Shown: positions 28,656 through 40,152, counted from the stretch's first letter. The stretch: DNA of 64,000 nucleotides from Candidatus Poribacteria bacterium (GCA_965205025.1 CBDBFU010000004.1:1-64000), one strand, 5' to 3'. The notes: generated by a model not told the origin, from the letters alone. Program-made: numbers and translations.

Positions 28656-31600
28656 ATGTCAAACCAAGATTTTAACAGGAATTATCAATCCATCTTATCA
28701 AAATTAAATTCTGTTCGTAGAAATTGGAGATGCCTTATATTCTGTGAACGTTTATTGTTCTTATTAAGTGCTTTAGCACTATTATTGACATTTGTCTTAA
28801 TCTGTTTCCAATTACCCCTTCCTTATATCATACGCATAAGTATTGTCTCACTATCCACGATTCTCGTAATTTACCTTGTCATCAGGATACTCATTCGACC
28901 CTTGTTTCGTAAATTAACCTATGTAAATGTGTCCGCGTATCTTGAAAAAACGTATACAAATATCGAAAATCGAATTCTAAGTGCTGTCCAATTGAAACCT
29001 GTCTTAGAAGACAATAGATTTGGATATGCCCGGGATTTTGTTGAGCAACTTATTACCCAAACATATAATGATATTGAGAATATCAAATCAAGTAAAATTT
29101 TTAGCAATGAATTCTATAAGATTAAACGGAATGCAGCTTTTATGGGAATATCTTTAGGAATCTTCTTATTATCTTATTTTTTCTTACCATCATCATTGAA
29201 AGGTATTACACGAACATTTGAATCAATTCCTAAAACTACCCAAAACGGTTTTACAATCCAAATTGATGATGTTCAACCCGGTGATATACAAATCAGACAA
29301 GGTGATGATGTAAGAATAACTGCTTCAGTCAGTGGACATCTGGATGCACCGCTCAATATTTTTTATCAAGTAGCTCATACAAATAGCAATGCTGATGTAG
29401 AAAATATAGAAGCACCATCAATTGATATTAAAGATTGGGAATCTCTTTCAATGGCACGTGAGTCAATAGATTCGCCTTATTCAGCCACTTTACAAAGTGT
29501 AAATAGATCACTCCAATACTATATTTCAACAAAAGATGTGAATTCACCACATTATGAAATTACTGTTGGACATGATCCTCTTGTGAAATCATTTCAAATT
29601 CAAATCAATTATCCAGAATATACACAGTCACCTTCAAAAGTCCTTGATCAGAATATCGGTGATATACGTACATTATACGGTTCAGAAATTATTTTCTCAG
29701 GTAGTAGCAATAAATCATTGTCTGATGCAAACTTAGTTTTTGAAGATCTTGAACCTGTTAAGTTAGAAATACAGGAAAACACTACCATAAATGGTAGTTT
29801 TATAGCAAAACAAGCAGATAGATATCACATACAATTACTGGATACGACTAATCTTACAAATATTGAACCCTTGATTTATACCCTGGACATATATAAAGAT
29901 ACACCACCCCAAGTTGCCATCATTGTCCCTGGTGAAGATAGAGTATTAGATGATGATATGTTGGTGGAATTAAAGGTCGAAACAACGGATGATTATGGCA
30001 TTCAAGCAGTGGAATTGGTATATGCAATACAAAAAGAGAATGCTACTAACCAAACTATCTCCCTTAAACGAATACCTTCGGATACTTCACCACCACATTC
30101 ATCAATGTTCTTAACATATACTTGGGATATTGATCCAATAGGTCTATTCCCAGGTGAATCTATCTCATACTATGTTCAAGCAATTGATACTGATAATGTC
30201 TCAGGTCCAAATATAGGTAAATCGCGAACCTATATTCTTAGATTTCCCACCCTTGATGAATTATACGAGGAACTTTCTGCAGATCAGGAAACAGAACAAA
30301 CCGATATAGACGAACTATTTGAGGAACAAACTGAAGCTACGGGAGCGGTTGATCGTATTTTGGATAAAATACGTAAATTCAGAGAGTTTTCAATCACCGA
30401 CAAAAAACAGATGCAACAAGTGATTGAAACACAGAAGGATATTGAACAGAAAGCAAATGAACTCCTAAGTAAAATGCAACAGACCACTTCTGAAATGGAA
30501 AAAAATCAGCTATTTGATCCTGAAACTATACAGAAATATCAAGAACTTCAAGAATTGATGAAAGAGGCACTCTCTGAAGAACATCAAGAACTCCTAAAGA
30601 AATTGTCTGAAGCATTGGCACAACAAGAATTGTCTGAACAAGAAATGGCTGCAACTGAAGCCAATTTCAATCAGGAACAATTTCAACAACAGCTTGAACG
30701 GTTGAAATCATTATATCAGCAGCTTATTTTACAACAGAAACTTGAAGCAGCAGCAAAGCAGGCGCAAGCACTGGCTGAGGAACAAAAACAACTCATTGAT
30801 TCTATAGATCAACCTCCTGATGAGATAAATCAAAACACTTCTGGCATACAAACAGCAAAATTAAATGATGCTGCCAACAATGAAGAGCGTATTCAGAACG
30901 ATTCAAATAACCTTAGTGAAAAATTAGACAATCTCGGTAATGAAATGAGTGGACTGTTTGAATCACAGGATAATGCTGCACCGCAGTTAAAAAAGATAGC
31001 TGACGAAGTTAAGAGACTCAACCAGTATACTCGTGATGAAAAACTACAGGATAATCTTCAACAAACAAGTAAGAATCTTCGTAATGCAGAAAAACAAGAG
31101 GCTGTTGAAACAGGAAGATATGCAGAACAAACTATGACCGAACTGGCTCAAGGTCTTGATAACGCAATGGAATTCTTTGAAGGGGCAAACAGTAATGAAG
31201 CTTTAACTGCAATGAAAGAGGCAGTAAAAAGTGGACTATCCTTATCACACCTTCATGAAAAGGTCATTGATAATTCAAGAGTTCTCCTTACGACAAACCC
31301 TGGTGATTATATCAATAGTGAGATATTACAACTTCAACAACTCGCGGCTGATGAACTCAGCGCAGCTAAAGGTATTGAGCAAATTGCAGATAAATTGTGG
31401 GAACTTGGAAAACAGCAGATGCAAGTGGATCCTAAGATTGTTTGGCAAATGAACTCTGGAAGTGATGCTCTTCGGCGCGCTGCACGCGCTCTTGAAGATA
31501 GACAAGTAATGCTGGCAATTCCTATACAACAGTCTGGTCTTGCAGATATAAATCAAGCTGTATTTGATCTACTTACCGCTATATCACAGATGAATCAACA

Positions 31601-32174
31601 GATGGGGGGTGGTGGACTTGAAAATATGATGGAGCAACTTGAACAACTCGCACAAAGTCAGGAACAATTGAATCAGATGGCACAAACTCTCAGACAACAA
31701 ATGCGAGAGAGGGGACAAACACCTGGTCTGCAACAAAGATTGGATAGACTCGCATCACAACAACAAATGATACGGGAAGCAACTGAGAAATTGGCTGAAA
31801 TTGCTGAGAAAGCAGCAGAAATGCTCGGAAGCTTAGAGAATGTTGCTGAAGAAATGAAAGAGGTTGAACGAAAACTTGAAGAGGGTGTACTGAATGATCA
31901 GGTGATTAATCAGCAAGAACGAATTGTTACCAGAATGTTAGATAGTTTGAAATCCTTACATCAACGCGATTTAGGTAGAAAAAGAAAAGCACAGGTAGCA
32001 AAGAAAACCACACCAACTGCCCAAGATATACCCGCCCTACATCCTGAGTTGCTGGAAATAGTCCGTAAACTTGAAACAACTCCAAATGCCAAAGAATTTG
32101 AGAATATACCTTTCCAATATCGTGAAAAACTTAGACAATATTTCAAGGCTTTATCAACAAAAACTGTAAAGTAG
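28656..32174 (+). CDS. Large membrane-anchored coiled-coil protein (DUF4175-like)
   Basis: N-terminal TMs, TDDYGI, AIDTDNVSGP, long Q/E-rich coiled coil, RIVTRMLDS, YREKLRQYF. Confidence 0.78.
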   Translation: MSNQDFNRNYQSILSKLNSVRRNWRCLIFCERLLFLLSALALLLTFVLICFQLPLPYIIRISIVSLSTILVIYLVIRILIRPLFRKLTYVNVSAYLEKTYTNIENRILSAVQLKPVLEDNRFGYARDFVEQLITQTYNDIENIKSSKIFSNEFYKIKRNAAFMGISLGIFLLSYFFLPSSLKGITRTFESIPKTTQNGFTIQIDDVQPGDIQIRQGDDVRITASVSGHLDAPLNIFYQVAHTNSNADVENIEAPSIDIKDWESLSMARESIDSPYSATLQSVNRSLQYYISTKDVNSPHYEITVGHDPLVKSFQIQINYPEYTQSPSKVLDQNIGDIRTLYGSEIIFSGSSNKSLSDANLVFEDLEPVKLEIQENTTINGSFIAKQADRYHIQLLDTTNLTNIEPLIYTLDIYKDTPPQVAIIVPGEDRVLDDDMLVELKVETTDDYGIQAVELVYAIQKENATNQTISLKRIPSDTSPPHSSMFLTYTWDIDPIGLFPGESISYYVQAIDTDNVSGPNIGKSRTYILRFPTLDELYEELSADQETEQTDIDELFEEQTEATGAVDRILDKIRKFREFSITDKKQMQQVIETQKDIEQKANELLSKMQQTTSEMEKNQLFDPETIQKYQELQELMKEALSEEHQELLKKLSEALAQQELSEQEMAATEANFNQEQFQQQLERLKSLYQQLILQQKLEAAAKQAQALAEEQKQLIDSIDQPPDEINQNTSGIQTAKLNDAANNEERIQNDSNNLSEKLDNLGNEMSGLFESQDNAAPQLKKIADEVKRLNQYTRDEKLQDNLQQTSKNLRNAEKQEAVETGRYAEQTMTELAQGLDNAMEFFEGANSNEALTAMKEAVKSGLSLSHLHEKVIDNSRVLLTTNPGDYINSEILQLQQLAADELSAAKGIEQIADKLWELGKQQMQVDPKIVWQMNSGSDALRRAARALEDRQVMLAIPIQQSGLADINQAVFDLLTAISQMNQQMGGGGLENMMEQLEQLAQSQEQLNQMAQTLRQQMRERGQTPGLQQRLDRLASQQQMIREATEKLAEIAEKAAEMLGSLENVAEEMKEVERKLEEGVLNDQVINQQERIVTRMLDSLKSLHQRDLGRKRKAQVAKKTTPTAQDIPALHPELLEIVRKLETTPNAKEFENIPFQYREKLRQYFKALSTKTVK

Positions 32175-32189
32175 GAGTAAATACTTGAT

Positions 32190-33860
32190 ATGCGTAACTC
32201 ATTAATTCCTCTTATTTCGCTTAGCCTCGTTGTCTTAACTACATTCTCCGTCAATGCCCAATCACATATTACAAAGGCTGATGCTGATATTGAGGCACTT
32301 GTGTCTACTATGACAATAGATGAAAAAGTTGGACAACTCCTTATGTTCGGTATTGGAGGTACCAAAGTTGGACAAGTTGCTGAAGCACATATTACAAAAC
32401 GCCTTGTCGGTGGTTTAGTACTCTTTGGTAAGAATGTAAAAGATCCTGTACAGTTGGCTAATCTAATTGCTGGCTTACAACAACTTTCATTACAAACACA
32501 GAAAGGTATTCCATTGTTAATTGCAATGGACCAAGAAGGTGGAACAGTAGTTCGCATGAAAAAAGGTGCAACTGTACTACCGGGGAATCTTGCATTAGGG
32601 GCTACAAGATCTATTGTATTAGCAGAAAAAGCTGGAAGACTCACCGCGGTAGAATTGTCTGCTGTTGGGGTAAATATGAATTTTGCACCGGTAATTGATG
32701 TAAATACCAATCCGAAAAATCCGGTTATCGGTGTCCGCTCTTTTGGGGAATCAGCAGATCTTGTCGCGCAAATGGGAACTGCATACATACGTGGACTTCA
32801 ACGGAATGGTGTTCTCGCAACTGCTAAACACTTTCCTGGCCACGGGGATACGACTGTTGATTCACACAAAAAACTGCCTATCATAACTCATGACAATAAA
32901 CGTATTGAAACTGTTGAATTACGGCCATTTCGTGCGGCAATAAAAGCAGATGTTGCAGCAATTATGTCCGCACATATCCTTTATCCTGAACTTGATCCTG
33001 AATTACCTTCAACACTATCATACAATATCCTAACAAAACTTCTAAGACAGAAGTTAGGATTCAATGGTGTCATTATTACAGATGACATTGAAATGCAGGC
33101 AATAGATGCAAATTACGAATCTGGTAAAGCAGCTGTGATGGCAATTCAGGCTGGAGCAGATATAGTCCTTGTACCATGGAACTTAAAAAAACAGCAACGG
33201 GTTTATAATACCTTACGTCAGGCAGTACGGAACGGAAGAATTACCGAAACACGATTAAATCAATCTGTTAGACGCATCCTAAAAAGCAAGAAAAATTGTA
33301 ATGCCTTCGAAAAAAGAGAGGAATATAGGTACGCATCAAATCCAATTGACGGTCCAATTGAAATAGTAGGGAATTCAAAGCATCGAGAAACTGCTCAAAT
33401 TATTGCATCACAAGCAATAACTCTATTAAAGAATGATGACAATATCCTACCTTTAAGTACTGATTCAAAAGATCCATTACTACTGCTTAGTCCGTCACGT
33501 TTATTCTCAAACACTTTCCTAAAGGCACATCCGGAATTGGAACACATTACACCAGTTATTATTCCACCAAAAGTTAACCCTGAATATATATTACCTATAT
33601 TATTAAAGAATAATGCCAAGTTAATCGTTGCTGGCATACAAAATGCTCAACAAGCAGATCTAATTCACCAATTTAGCCAGAAAACTGACACACCAATCAT
33701 AGTGATATTGCTTTCATCTCCCTACCTTTTTGGAAAATGTCCTGATGTATCGGCTGCTATCGCAGCCTATGATGACAACTATTATTCATTACTCGGTGCA
33801 ATAGAAATCTTGTTAGGAAAGAAACAAGCAGTTGGTAAATTGCCTGTCACAATACCTTAA
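32190..33860 (+). CDS. nagZ: GH3 beta-N-acetylhexosaminidase
   Basis: DQEGGTV, APVIDVNTNPKNPVIGVRSF, KHFPGHGDTTVDSH, ITDDIEM. Confidence 0.88.
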   Translation: MRNSLIPLISLSLVVLTTFSVNAQSHITKADADIEALVSTMTIDEKVGQLLMFGIGGTKVGQVAEAHITKRLVGGLVLFGKNVKDPVQLANLIAGLQQLSLQTQKGIPLLIAMDQEGGTVVRMKKGATVLPGNLALGATRSIVLAEKAGRLTAVELSAVGVNMNFAPVIDVNTNPKNPVIGVRSFGESADLVAQMGTAYIRGLQRNGVLATAKHFPGHGDTTVDSHKKLPIITHDNKRIETVELRPFRAAIKADVAAIMSAHILYPELDPELPSTLSYNILTKLLRQKLGFNGVIITDDIEMQAIDANYESGKAAVMAIQAGADIVLVPWNLKKQQRVYNTLRQAVRNGRITETRLNQSVRRILKSKKNCNAFEKREEYRYASNPIDGPIEIVGNSKHRETAQIIASQAITLLKNDDNILPLSTDSKDPLLLLSPSRLFSNTFLKAHPELEHITPVIIPPKVNPEYILPILLKNNAKLIVAGIQNAQQADLIHQFSQKTDTPIIVILLSSPYLFGKCPDVSAAIAAYDDNYYSLLGAIEILLGKKQAVGKLPVTIP

Positions 33861-34153
33861 TGTCAATTCTACAGGACACTATCCTTCCCATCCAGATTTA
33901 CCGTTGTTTTTCCATGCCCATATAATCTTCACTTGGTAGATCAGGTCACCTATTATATGCAATACACGCATCTGGTGTTGAATTAATAGAAACCGAACCT
34001 TTATAGAACAGGTTTGAGGTAAAATATTATCTTTATACTCTTACATTTTGACAACAATTACTTTCTGATTATTGCCAATTTTCCTTATCAATTATACGAT
34101 TTTATCACAAACCTATTTGATAATATTGATATTGACAAATGGAGACATGATCC

Positions 34154-36022
34154 TTGATTTCATTACATTCTTTAGACTCAAGTACAGCTATGCAAGATTA
34201 CACACAATGGAATCTACCCACAGGTGTGAAAGCCCGTCTGGGGAAGGGTAGGATAAGTGATGTATTAAATCCATCTGAAATAGCATACTCTCCCGATGGA
34301 CAGTGTTTTGCTGTAGCAAGTGCCAATGGTATTTGGATATACGACGCACAGACGGCTAAAGAACTTAACCTCCTAACAGGACATACATCTGATAACACAA
34401 CCGTATCTTTCAGTCCAGATGGGGTTATCTTGGCAAGTGCGAGTGGGGACAATACCATCCGTTTGTGGGAAATTCAAACTGGAGCACATGTCGGAACATT
34501 GAAAGAGCATACATCTCGTATTAATAACATCGCATACAGTCCGAGTGGCTTATTATTAGCAAGTGCAGGTGATGACAATACAATTCGTCTGTGGGATGTG
34601 CAAACACATGATATGATTCGGACACTCAGAGGTCATACAGACAGGGTTACCAATGTTGTATTCAACCCAGACGAATCTATCTTGGTTAGCGCAAGTTGGG
34701 ACAATAACATATGTCTTTGGGATGTGCATTCTGGCACCTTGCTTCAAACACTCACAGGGCATACATCTACTGTCAGTAGAGTATCGATCTGTGCAGATGG
34801 AAAAACACTTGCAAGTTCAAGTTGGGACAAAACTGTGCGTTTGTGGGATATGCAAAAAGCAATGCATATACATACTCTTATAGGACATACGGGGAGGGTT
34901 ACCAACGTTCTATTTAGCCCAAATGGTGAATTACTTGCAACCACTGCGATGGATCATGATACAGATTTACGCTTGTGGGACATGCTGACAGGTGGTACAC
35001 CTCTTAAGATACTAAAAGGACATACGAGAAAAGTTACAAGTCTTGTGTTTAGTCCGGATGGGTCTACTTTGGTAACTGGAAGTGGGGACTGCACTGTCCG
35101 TCTGTGGGATGTGGCAAGTGGTACATCACGTCAGATAATTACAGACCATACCTTTCGTGTCGCAAGTATCGCCTACAGTCCGGATGGATCAATGTTAGCT
35201 AGTTCTGGATGGGATGAAACTATACCTATATGGAACACGTATACCGATGAATTACTTCATCGACTTAAAGGACATAAGGCTGATGTCGTAGACCTTGCGT
35301 TTAGTCCTGATGGAAAGACAATCGCAACTTCAAGTTGGGATAGAACAGCACGTTTATGGGATGTGAAGACAGGTACATCTTTACACATACTGACAGAGCA
35401 TCGTGACTTTGTCAATTGTGTAATTTTCAGTCCTGATGGCAAGACCCTTGCCACTGGGTGTGCTGGGAGTGCTGACAATGATGTGCGTTTGTGGGATGTA
35501 GCGAAGGGAAAACTCATATTGACATTGACAGATCATACGCGGAGTATCAATAGCGTAGCGTTCAGTCCTGATGGCAAGACTCTTGTGAGTTCAAGTGATG
35601 ACAGGACAGTCCGTTTTTGGGATGTAGAAACTGGAGCACATATTCGAGTACTTAATGAGCATACGAAATCTGTTTATAGTGTTGCATTCAGTCCTGATGG
35701 AAAGATACTTGCAAGTTCGAGTGACGACAGGACAATACATTTATGGAATATACAGACTGAAACATATTCACACCGTCTCACAGGACATACCGATGGTGTA
35801 AGGTGCGTTATATTCAGTCCAGATGGAAAAACACTCGCAAGTGGGAGTAGAGACAATGATGTGCGTTTATGGGATACTCAAACAGGTAAACACCTAAAGA
35901 CATTGCAGGGTCATACAGGACTGGTTTATACAGTTGTATTCAGTCCAGATGGAAAAACACTCGCAAGCGGGAGTCGTGACGGCAGCTTGCTGTTTTGGGA
36001 CCTTGATTCACAAAACCAGTAG
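34154..36022 (+). CDS. WD40 repeat protein (start uncertain)
   Basis: QDYTQWNLPTGVKARLGKG followed by many GH...FSPDG...LWD repeats. Confidence 0.93.
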   Translation: MISLHSLDSSTAMQDYTQWNLPTGVKARLGKGRISDVLNPSEIAYSPDGQCFAVASANGIWIYDAQTAKELNLLTGHTSDNTTVSFSPDGVILASASGDNTIRLWEIQTGAHVGTLKEHTSRINNIAYSPSGLLLASAGDDNTIRLWDVQTHDMIRTLRGHTDRVTNVVFNPDESILVSASWDNNICLWDVHSGTLLQTLTGHTSTVSRVSICADGKTLASSSWDKTVRLWDMQKAMHIHTLIGHTGRVTNVLFSPNGELLATTAMDHDTDLRLWDMLTGGTPLKILKGHTRKVTSLVFSPDGSTLVTGSGDCTVRLWDVASGTSRQIITDHTFRVASIAYSPDGSMLASSGWDETIPIWNTYTDELLHRLKGHKADVVDLAFSPDGKTIATSSWDRTARLWDVKTGTSLHILTEHRDFVNCVIFSPDGKTLATGCAGSADNDVRLWDVAKGKLILTLTDHTRSINSVAFSPDGKTLVSSSDDRTVRFWDVETGAHIRVLNEHTKSVYSVAFSPDGKILASSSDDRTIHLWNIQTETYSHRLTGHTDGVRCVIFSPDGKTLASGSRDNDVRLWDTQTGKHLKTLQGHTGLVYTVVFSPDGKTLASGSRDGSLLFWDLDSQNQ

Positions 36023-36202
36023 AACTCTACTTTATATGTTCTACTACATAGTGCTATTTTACGGTGATAGTTGCGAAACCACCAAAACGAAAATCGAATA
36101 AAGTTGACAGTATAAATTTGATTGTGTATACTTAATACATTTAAGGTAAATGGGTTGAATATATTATGTTATGAAATTGAACATCAATACAAATTGATTA
36201 TC

Positions 36203-37243
36203 ATGGCAAAGAAAAAAAGCAGATCTGTTAACGTCGCTCGCAAACGAGAAAAACGGAATAGGGACCGAAAATCAAAGAGCAAGAAAATAGCTGCTGAAAA
36301 ACACCATAAATTACCTTTAGAGAGGATGGATGAGGAACGTTTACATTCATATCTATTGAAAAGTTATGATCTGCTTGATGAACCAGAAATTCAAAAGCTC
36401 CATTTTGATCTGGATATGGTAGAAATCGAATTATTAGATTTAATCAGGAAAACAGAACATCAAGGTTCAAATGCGGAAGAAGATGCAGCATTAGTATTTC
36501 AAACGTTTGAAGTCTATGAAACAGATATCTTATCTCGGTTAATTACCACACAATTCAGAAAACAACTGCTGTGGTCGTTAAATGCATGTGAAAATAGGTT
36601 AAAAAAGTATGGCAAACATGAACGAGCTGAAGTCGCATACGTAGCACGGGCTTTATTTGAAATAGTGCCAGCAGATGTTATGGCAGGACATCCAATCATA
36701 CAATGCATCGGTAAACAGAGCATACAACTACTTGTTGAAGATAGAATTAATTCTGATGATTTGTCTCCAGTGAGTGATTATCTACCAGAAGTACAGGAAA
36801 TTGATTATTCTGAATTTCAACAGAATGAATCGTTTCAAAGCCTGTTTTCTGATGCAATATCAAAAAAGTCAAACGATATTGAAGAAAACCAACAGGAATC
36901 GATCGTTAACATACCATCCTTAGTTCAAGAGCAAGAGAGTGAATTATATCCAGAAACTCTACCAGCGAAGGCTTTATACAAGAATTTTGATGGATTAAAA
37001 ATCAGAGATAGTCTAATTAATTGGAAGGGACAATTCCTTGAAAAAGAAACTGAAACTCAACTTGATTTTATCAATAGGGATTGCGAGTTATATATAACAG
37101 TTACTGAGAATCGATTACAGTTACATGCTGAGAGTGAAGAAAAACTAAATACAGCTATGGCAAATTTAGAGATGCACTGCCAATCGGCGGTGATGTATCT
37201 TGCTAAGACTTTTGATGAAGGAGGTGAAACCGATGCCACGTAG
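36203..37243 (+). CDS. Hypothetical protein with basic N-terminal tail
   Basis: MAKKKSRSVNVARKREKRNRDRKSKSKK followed by an acidic body. No family recognised. Confidence 0.75.
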   Translation: MAKKKSRSVNVARKREKRNRDRKSKSKKIAAEKHHKLPLERMDEERLHSYLLKSYDLLDEPEIQKLHFDLDMVEIELLDLIRKTEHQGSNAEEDAALVFQTFEVYETDILSRLITTQFRKQLLWSLNACENRLKKYGKHERAEVAYVARALFEIVPADVMAGHPIIQCIGKQSIQLLVEDRINSDDLSPVSDYLPEVQEIDYSEFQQNESFQSLFSDAISKKSNDIEENQQESIVNIPSLVQEQESELYPETLPAKALYKNFDGLKIRDSLINWKGQFLEKETETQLDFINRDCELYITVTENRLQLHAESEEKLNTAMANLEMHCQSAVMYLAKTFDEGGETDAT

Positions 37244-37346
37244 TAAAAGCGGACAGGTTAGACGCAGAACACAAATTCGACAACGTCAATTACGACGAAA
37301 AAAAAGAAAAAAAGCCCAACTTAAAGAACTTTTAGCAAATAAGTAG
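37233..37346 (+). CDS. Small highly basic protein (37 aa)
   Basis: Strong RBS AGGAGGTG; MPRSKSGQVRRRTQIRQRQLRRKKRKKAQLKELLANK; overlaps the upstream stop. Confidence 0.65.
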   Translation: MPRSKSGQVRRRTQIRQRQLRRKKRKKAQLKELLANK

Positions 37347-37552
37347 TAAGATTTCATTAATTCATAACGGGTAAACATTGATATCTTCTATTAATAGTAT
37401 TCGGGAAAATTACCTATATATCATTTACAAGAATATCTACGGTTTGATATCCGCTGGACAGGAGTTATTCTATTCTGAATAAATGACTTGTTTTTTGTAC
37501 ACTAATAAACCTTAGATTCATCCAATAAAATAGAAAACATTACAAGAATAAT

Positions 37553-37708
37553 TTGACATTCAATCTATTGTGATATTATAATTACTTCTATAAATTAAGA
37601 CCAGCAATATCCATGATATTGAGATACAATATCACAACAGATTAAATCTACAAGAAAATTATGTTGAATCAGTCAAAGTAAATATATTTGATATTGTGTC
37701 TCATTATC
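37553..37708 (+). promoter_or_regulatory. sigma70 promoter with two Fur-like boxes
   Basis: TTGACA (37553) and TATAAT (37577); GATATTGAGATACAATATC (37615-37633); GATATTGTGTCTCATTATC (37690-37708). Confidence 0.7.
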
Positions 37709-37730
37709 ATATTTTCTTCTGAGATATATT

Positions 37731-38942
37731 ATGAAGTTATTTCGTGTTCTAATATTGATATGGACCTGCTTATACATTACTATCACTGCCAATGCTGATG
37801 AAAAACCATTTTCTGTATCTGGTTATGGTGTAATAAACTACTCACATTTTAATTGGGACCTTGATCCAGATAGACGGGCTGCATTGGATTTAGAAAGATT
37901 GGTTGTTGCCCCAAAATACCGCATTAACAACACTATTCGTCTTGAAGCTGAGCTTGAATTTGAACACGGTGGTACTGGTAGTACGATGGAATTTGATAAA
38001 TTTGAGGAATTTGGTGAATTTGAGTTTGAAATAGAAAAAGGTGGGGAAGTTATTGTTGAAAAACTTGCAGCGGTTTTCTCAATAAAACCTTCTTATAACT
38101 TCCGTATCGGACATATCATCGTCCCTATAGGACTTGTGTCTAAACGTCATCGACCACAACACTATTTTACAACAACCCGTCCAGAAGCCGAAACACACAT
38201 CATTCCGACAATTTGGCACGAAACTGGAGTTGAAGTTTTTGGTTCATTTGGTCCAGTAAGTTACCAAGCACAAATTGTCAATGGATTAGACTCTACTGGA
38301 TTTAGTTCAAGGTACTGGATTGTGCGAGGACATCAATTACGATTTGAAACTGTAAATGCTGAAACCCCTGCTTATGTTGGAAGACTCGATTATAACTTCC
38401 AGAAGAATGGAACCATCGGTGTCTCAGGTTATTATGGAGATACCGCTGCAAATCGACCTAAACCTGATGTTGACTTCAATGCAAACGTCGGGATTATAGG
38501 TCTGCATGGTTTTTATGAGGAAAATGCAATTATACTACGTGGATTGTTCCTAATGGGAACTTTGGAAAATGCACATCTACTTTCAAAAGTCAATCGGACA
38601 TTATCCAATAATCTGAATGTTAAACGCACACCAATAGGTAGTTCAGCAATAGGATGGTATATTGAAGCAGGTTATGATGTCCTCTCTTTCTTAAAGAAAA
38701 ATAAAGAAACACACCAAAGACTTGAGGTTTTTGGACGGTACGATTATTACGATACTATGGCAAGTGTGGAAGGCGTTATTTTTGATAATCCCCGATGGGA
38801 ACGAAGAACTTGGACAATGGGTTTAAACTACCATGTCCACCCGCAATTAGTTTTCAAGAGTCATTATTCTTTACGAAGGTTAGCTACCAAGGAGAAAAAC
38901 AAAGAAGATACATTTTCACTTGGTTTCGGTTTTCAATATTAA
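37731..38942 (+). CDS. Outer-membrane beta-barrel/porin associated with imelysin locus
   Basis: Signal peptide, GYGVINY, ELEFEHGG, IPTIWHETG, C-terminal FGFQY. Confidence 0.75.
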   Translation: MKLFRVLILIWTCLYITITANADEKPFSVSGYGVINYSHFNWDLDPDRRAALDLERLVVAPKYRINNTIRLEAELEFEHGGTGSTMEFDKFEEFGEFEFEIEKGGEVIVEKLAAVFSIKPSYNFRIGHIIVPIGLVSKRHRPQHYFTTTRPEAETHIIPTIWHETGVEVFGSFGPVSYQAQIVNGLDSTGFSSRYWIVRGHQLRFETVNAETPAYVGRLDYNFQKNGTIGVSGYYGDTAANRPKPDVDFNANVGIIGLHGFYEENAIILRGLFLMGTLENAHLLSKVNRTLSNNLNVKRTPIGSSAIGWYIEAGYDVLSFLKKNKETHQRLEVFGRYDYYDTMASVEGVIFDNPRWERRTWTMGLNYHVHPQLVFKSHYSLRRLATKEKNKEDTFSLGFGFQY

Positions 38943-38986
38943 TTTTTCAATTACTGAATAAAATGGAAATTCATAAGGAGGATATA

Positions 38987-40075
38987 ATGAATTTCAATAA
39001 ATGGATATCAATGTTGTCATGCCTGTGTGTTTTGGTATTTCTTTTGGGTTGTGGCGCTGAAGATGATACAGATGGAGACGACGAACCAAAGGCTGAAGCA
39101 TTCCAATCCAGTACAATGCTAAATGATTTCGCGAATACTGTCGTTTTAGCAACCTATACGGAATTGGATAAGAAAGCAGGAGAACTATTGGATGCAGTTA
39201 AGGTATTGGAAAGTGATACCACACAATCAAATCTTGTGAAAGCACAAGAGGCATGGAAAGCCACACGTACACCGTGGGAACAGAGCGAAGCATTCTTGTT
39301 CGGACCGGTTGATACACAAGGTCTCGACCCCGCATTGGATAGTTGGCCAGTTGACCACGTTAACCTACAATCTGTGTTAGATAGCAATGACAACCTAACA
39401 GTAGATTATGTCAATGGCTTAGAGGATACACAAAAAGGTTTTCATACAATTGAATTTTTATTATTCCGAGATGGAGATCAACGGAAAGCCTCAGATATAA
39501 CGGATCGTGAATTGGAATATCTTGTCTCAACAACAGAAAACCTTAAGGCAAGTACTTCACAACTACGATTAGCATGGGCACCAGAAGGTGAGAATTTCAG
39601 TAGTTCTGTTGCTCAAGCTGGAACAGGAAGTATTATTTACACATCTCAGAGCGCGGCTGTTCAGGAAATGGTTAACGGTATGATTACAATCGCCGATGAA
39701 GTCGCAAACGGGAAAATATCCGACCCCTATAATGAATCAAACACCACACTTGTGGAATCACAATTCAGTTTTAATTCTATCTCTGATTTTCAAGATAATA
39801 TTAGAGGTATTCAAAATGTCTATCTCGGTAAATATATGAATGATGGACAAGGATTAAATGAATTTGTAAATACCAAAAATGCAGAATTAGATTCACGGTT
39901 TCAATCTGAAATACAAAATGCGATTGACACCATTGGGGCAATCCCTGATCCTTTCCGGGATTCTATTACTAAGAGTCGAAGTTCTGTACAGGCAGCAATT
40001 GATGCCGTAAGTAAAGTTCAGTTAACTTTGGAACAAGATATTCTTCCACTTGTACAATCAAGTGAGTTCAATTAG
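38987..40075 (+). CDS. Imelysin (peptidase M75) family iron-regulated lipoprotein, IrpA-like
   Basis: Lipobox LLGC, PWEQSEAFLFGP, DPALDSWP, KGFHTIEFLLF (GFHxxE), ESQFSFNS. Confidence 0.9.
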   Translation: MNFNKWISMLSCLCVLVFLLGCGAEDDTDGDDEPKAEAFQSSTMLNDFANTVVLATYTELDKKAGELLDAVKVLESDTTQSNLVKAQEAWKATRTPWEQSEAFLFGPVDTQGLDPALDSWPVDHVNLQSVLDSNDNLTVDYVNGLEDTQKGFHTIEFLLFRDGDQRKASDITDRELEYLVSTTENLKASTSQLRLAWAPEGENFSSSVAQAGTGSIIYTSQSAAVQEMVNGMITIADEVANGKISDPYNESNTTLVESQFSFNSISDFQDNIRGIQNVYLGKYMNDGQGLNEFVNTKNAELDSRFQSEIQNAIDTIGAIPDPFRDSITKSRSSVQAAIDAVSKVQLTLEQDILPLVQSSEFN

Positions 40076-40104
40076 ATAGATTTCAATACCCAAAACTCTA
40101 TGAC

Positions 40105-40152
40105 TATTACTATTGTTGGGAATAGATTTTCTACTTTCCAACAATAGTTTTA
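40105..40152 (+). terminator. Stem-loop between imelysin and di-heme oxidoreductase genes
   Basis: ACTATTGTTGG...CCAACAATAGT followed by TTT. Confidence 0.55.

Noticed and set aside
31961-32788. Long antisense ORFs (for example 31961-32788, 55806-56540, 14817-15311)
   Set aside because: They are shadows of well-supported genes on the opposite strand.
35800-36000. Near-identical DNA repeats in the WD40 gene (TTCAGTCCAGATGGAAAAACACTCGCAAG twice) as a DGR template/variable pair
   Set aside because: They are ordinary in-frame WD40 repeat duplications. There is no adenine-specific mismatch pattern and no reverse transcriptase in the window.
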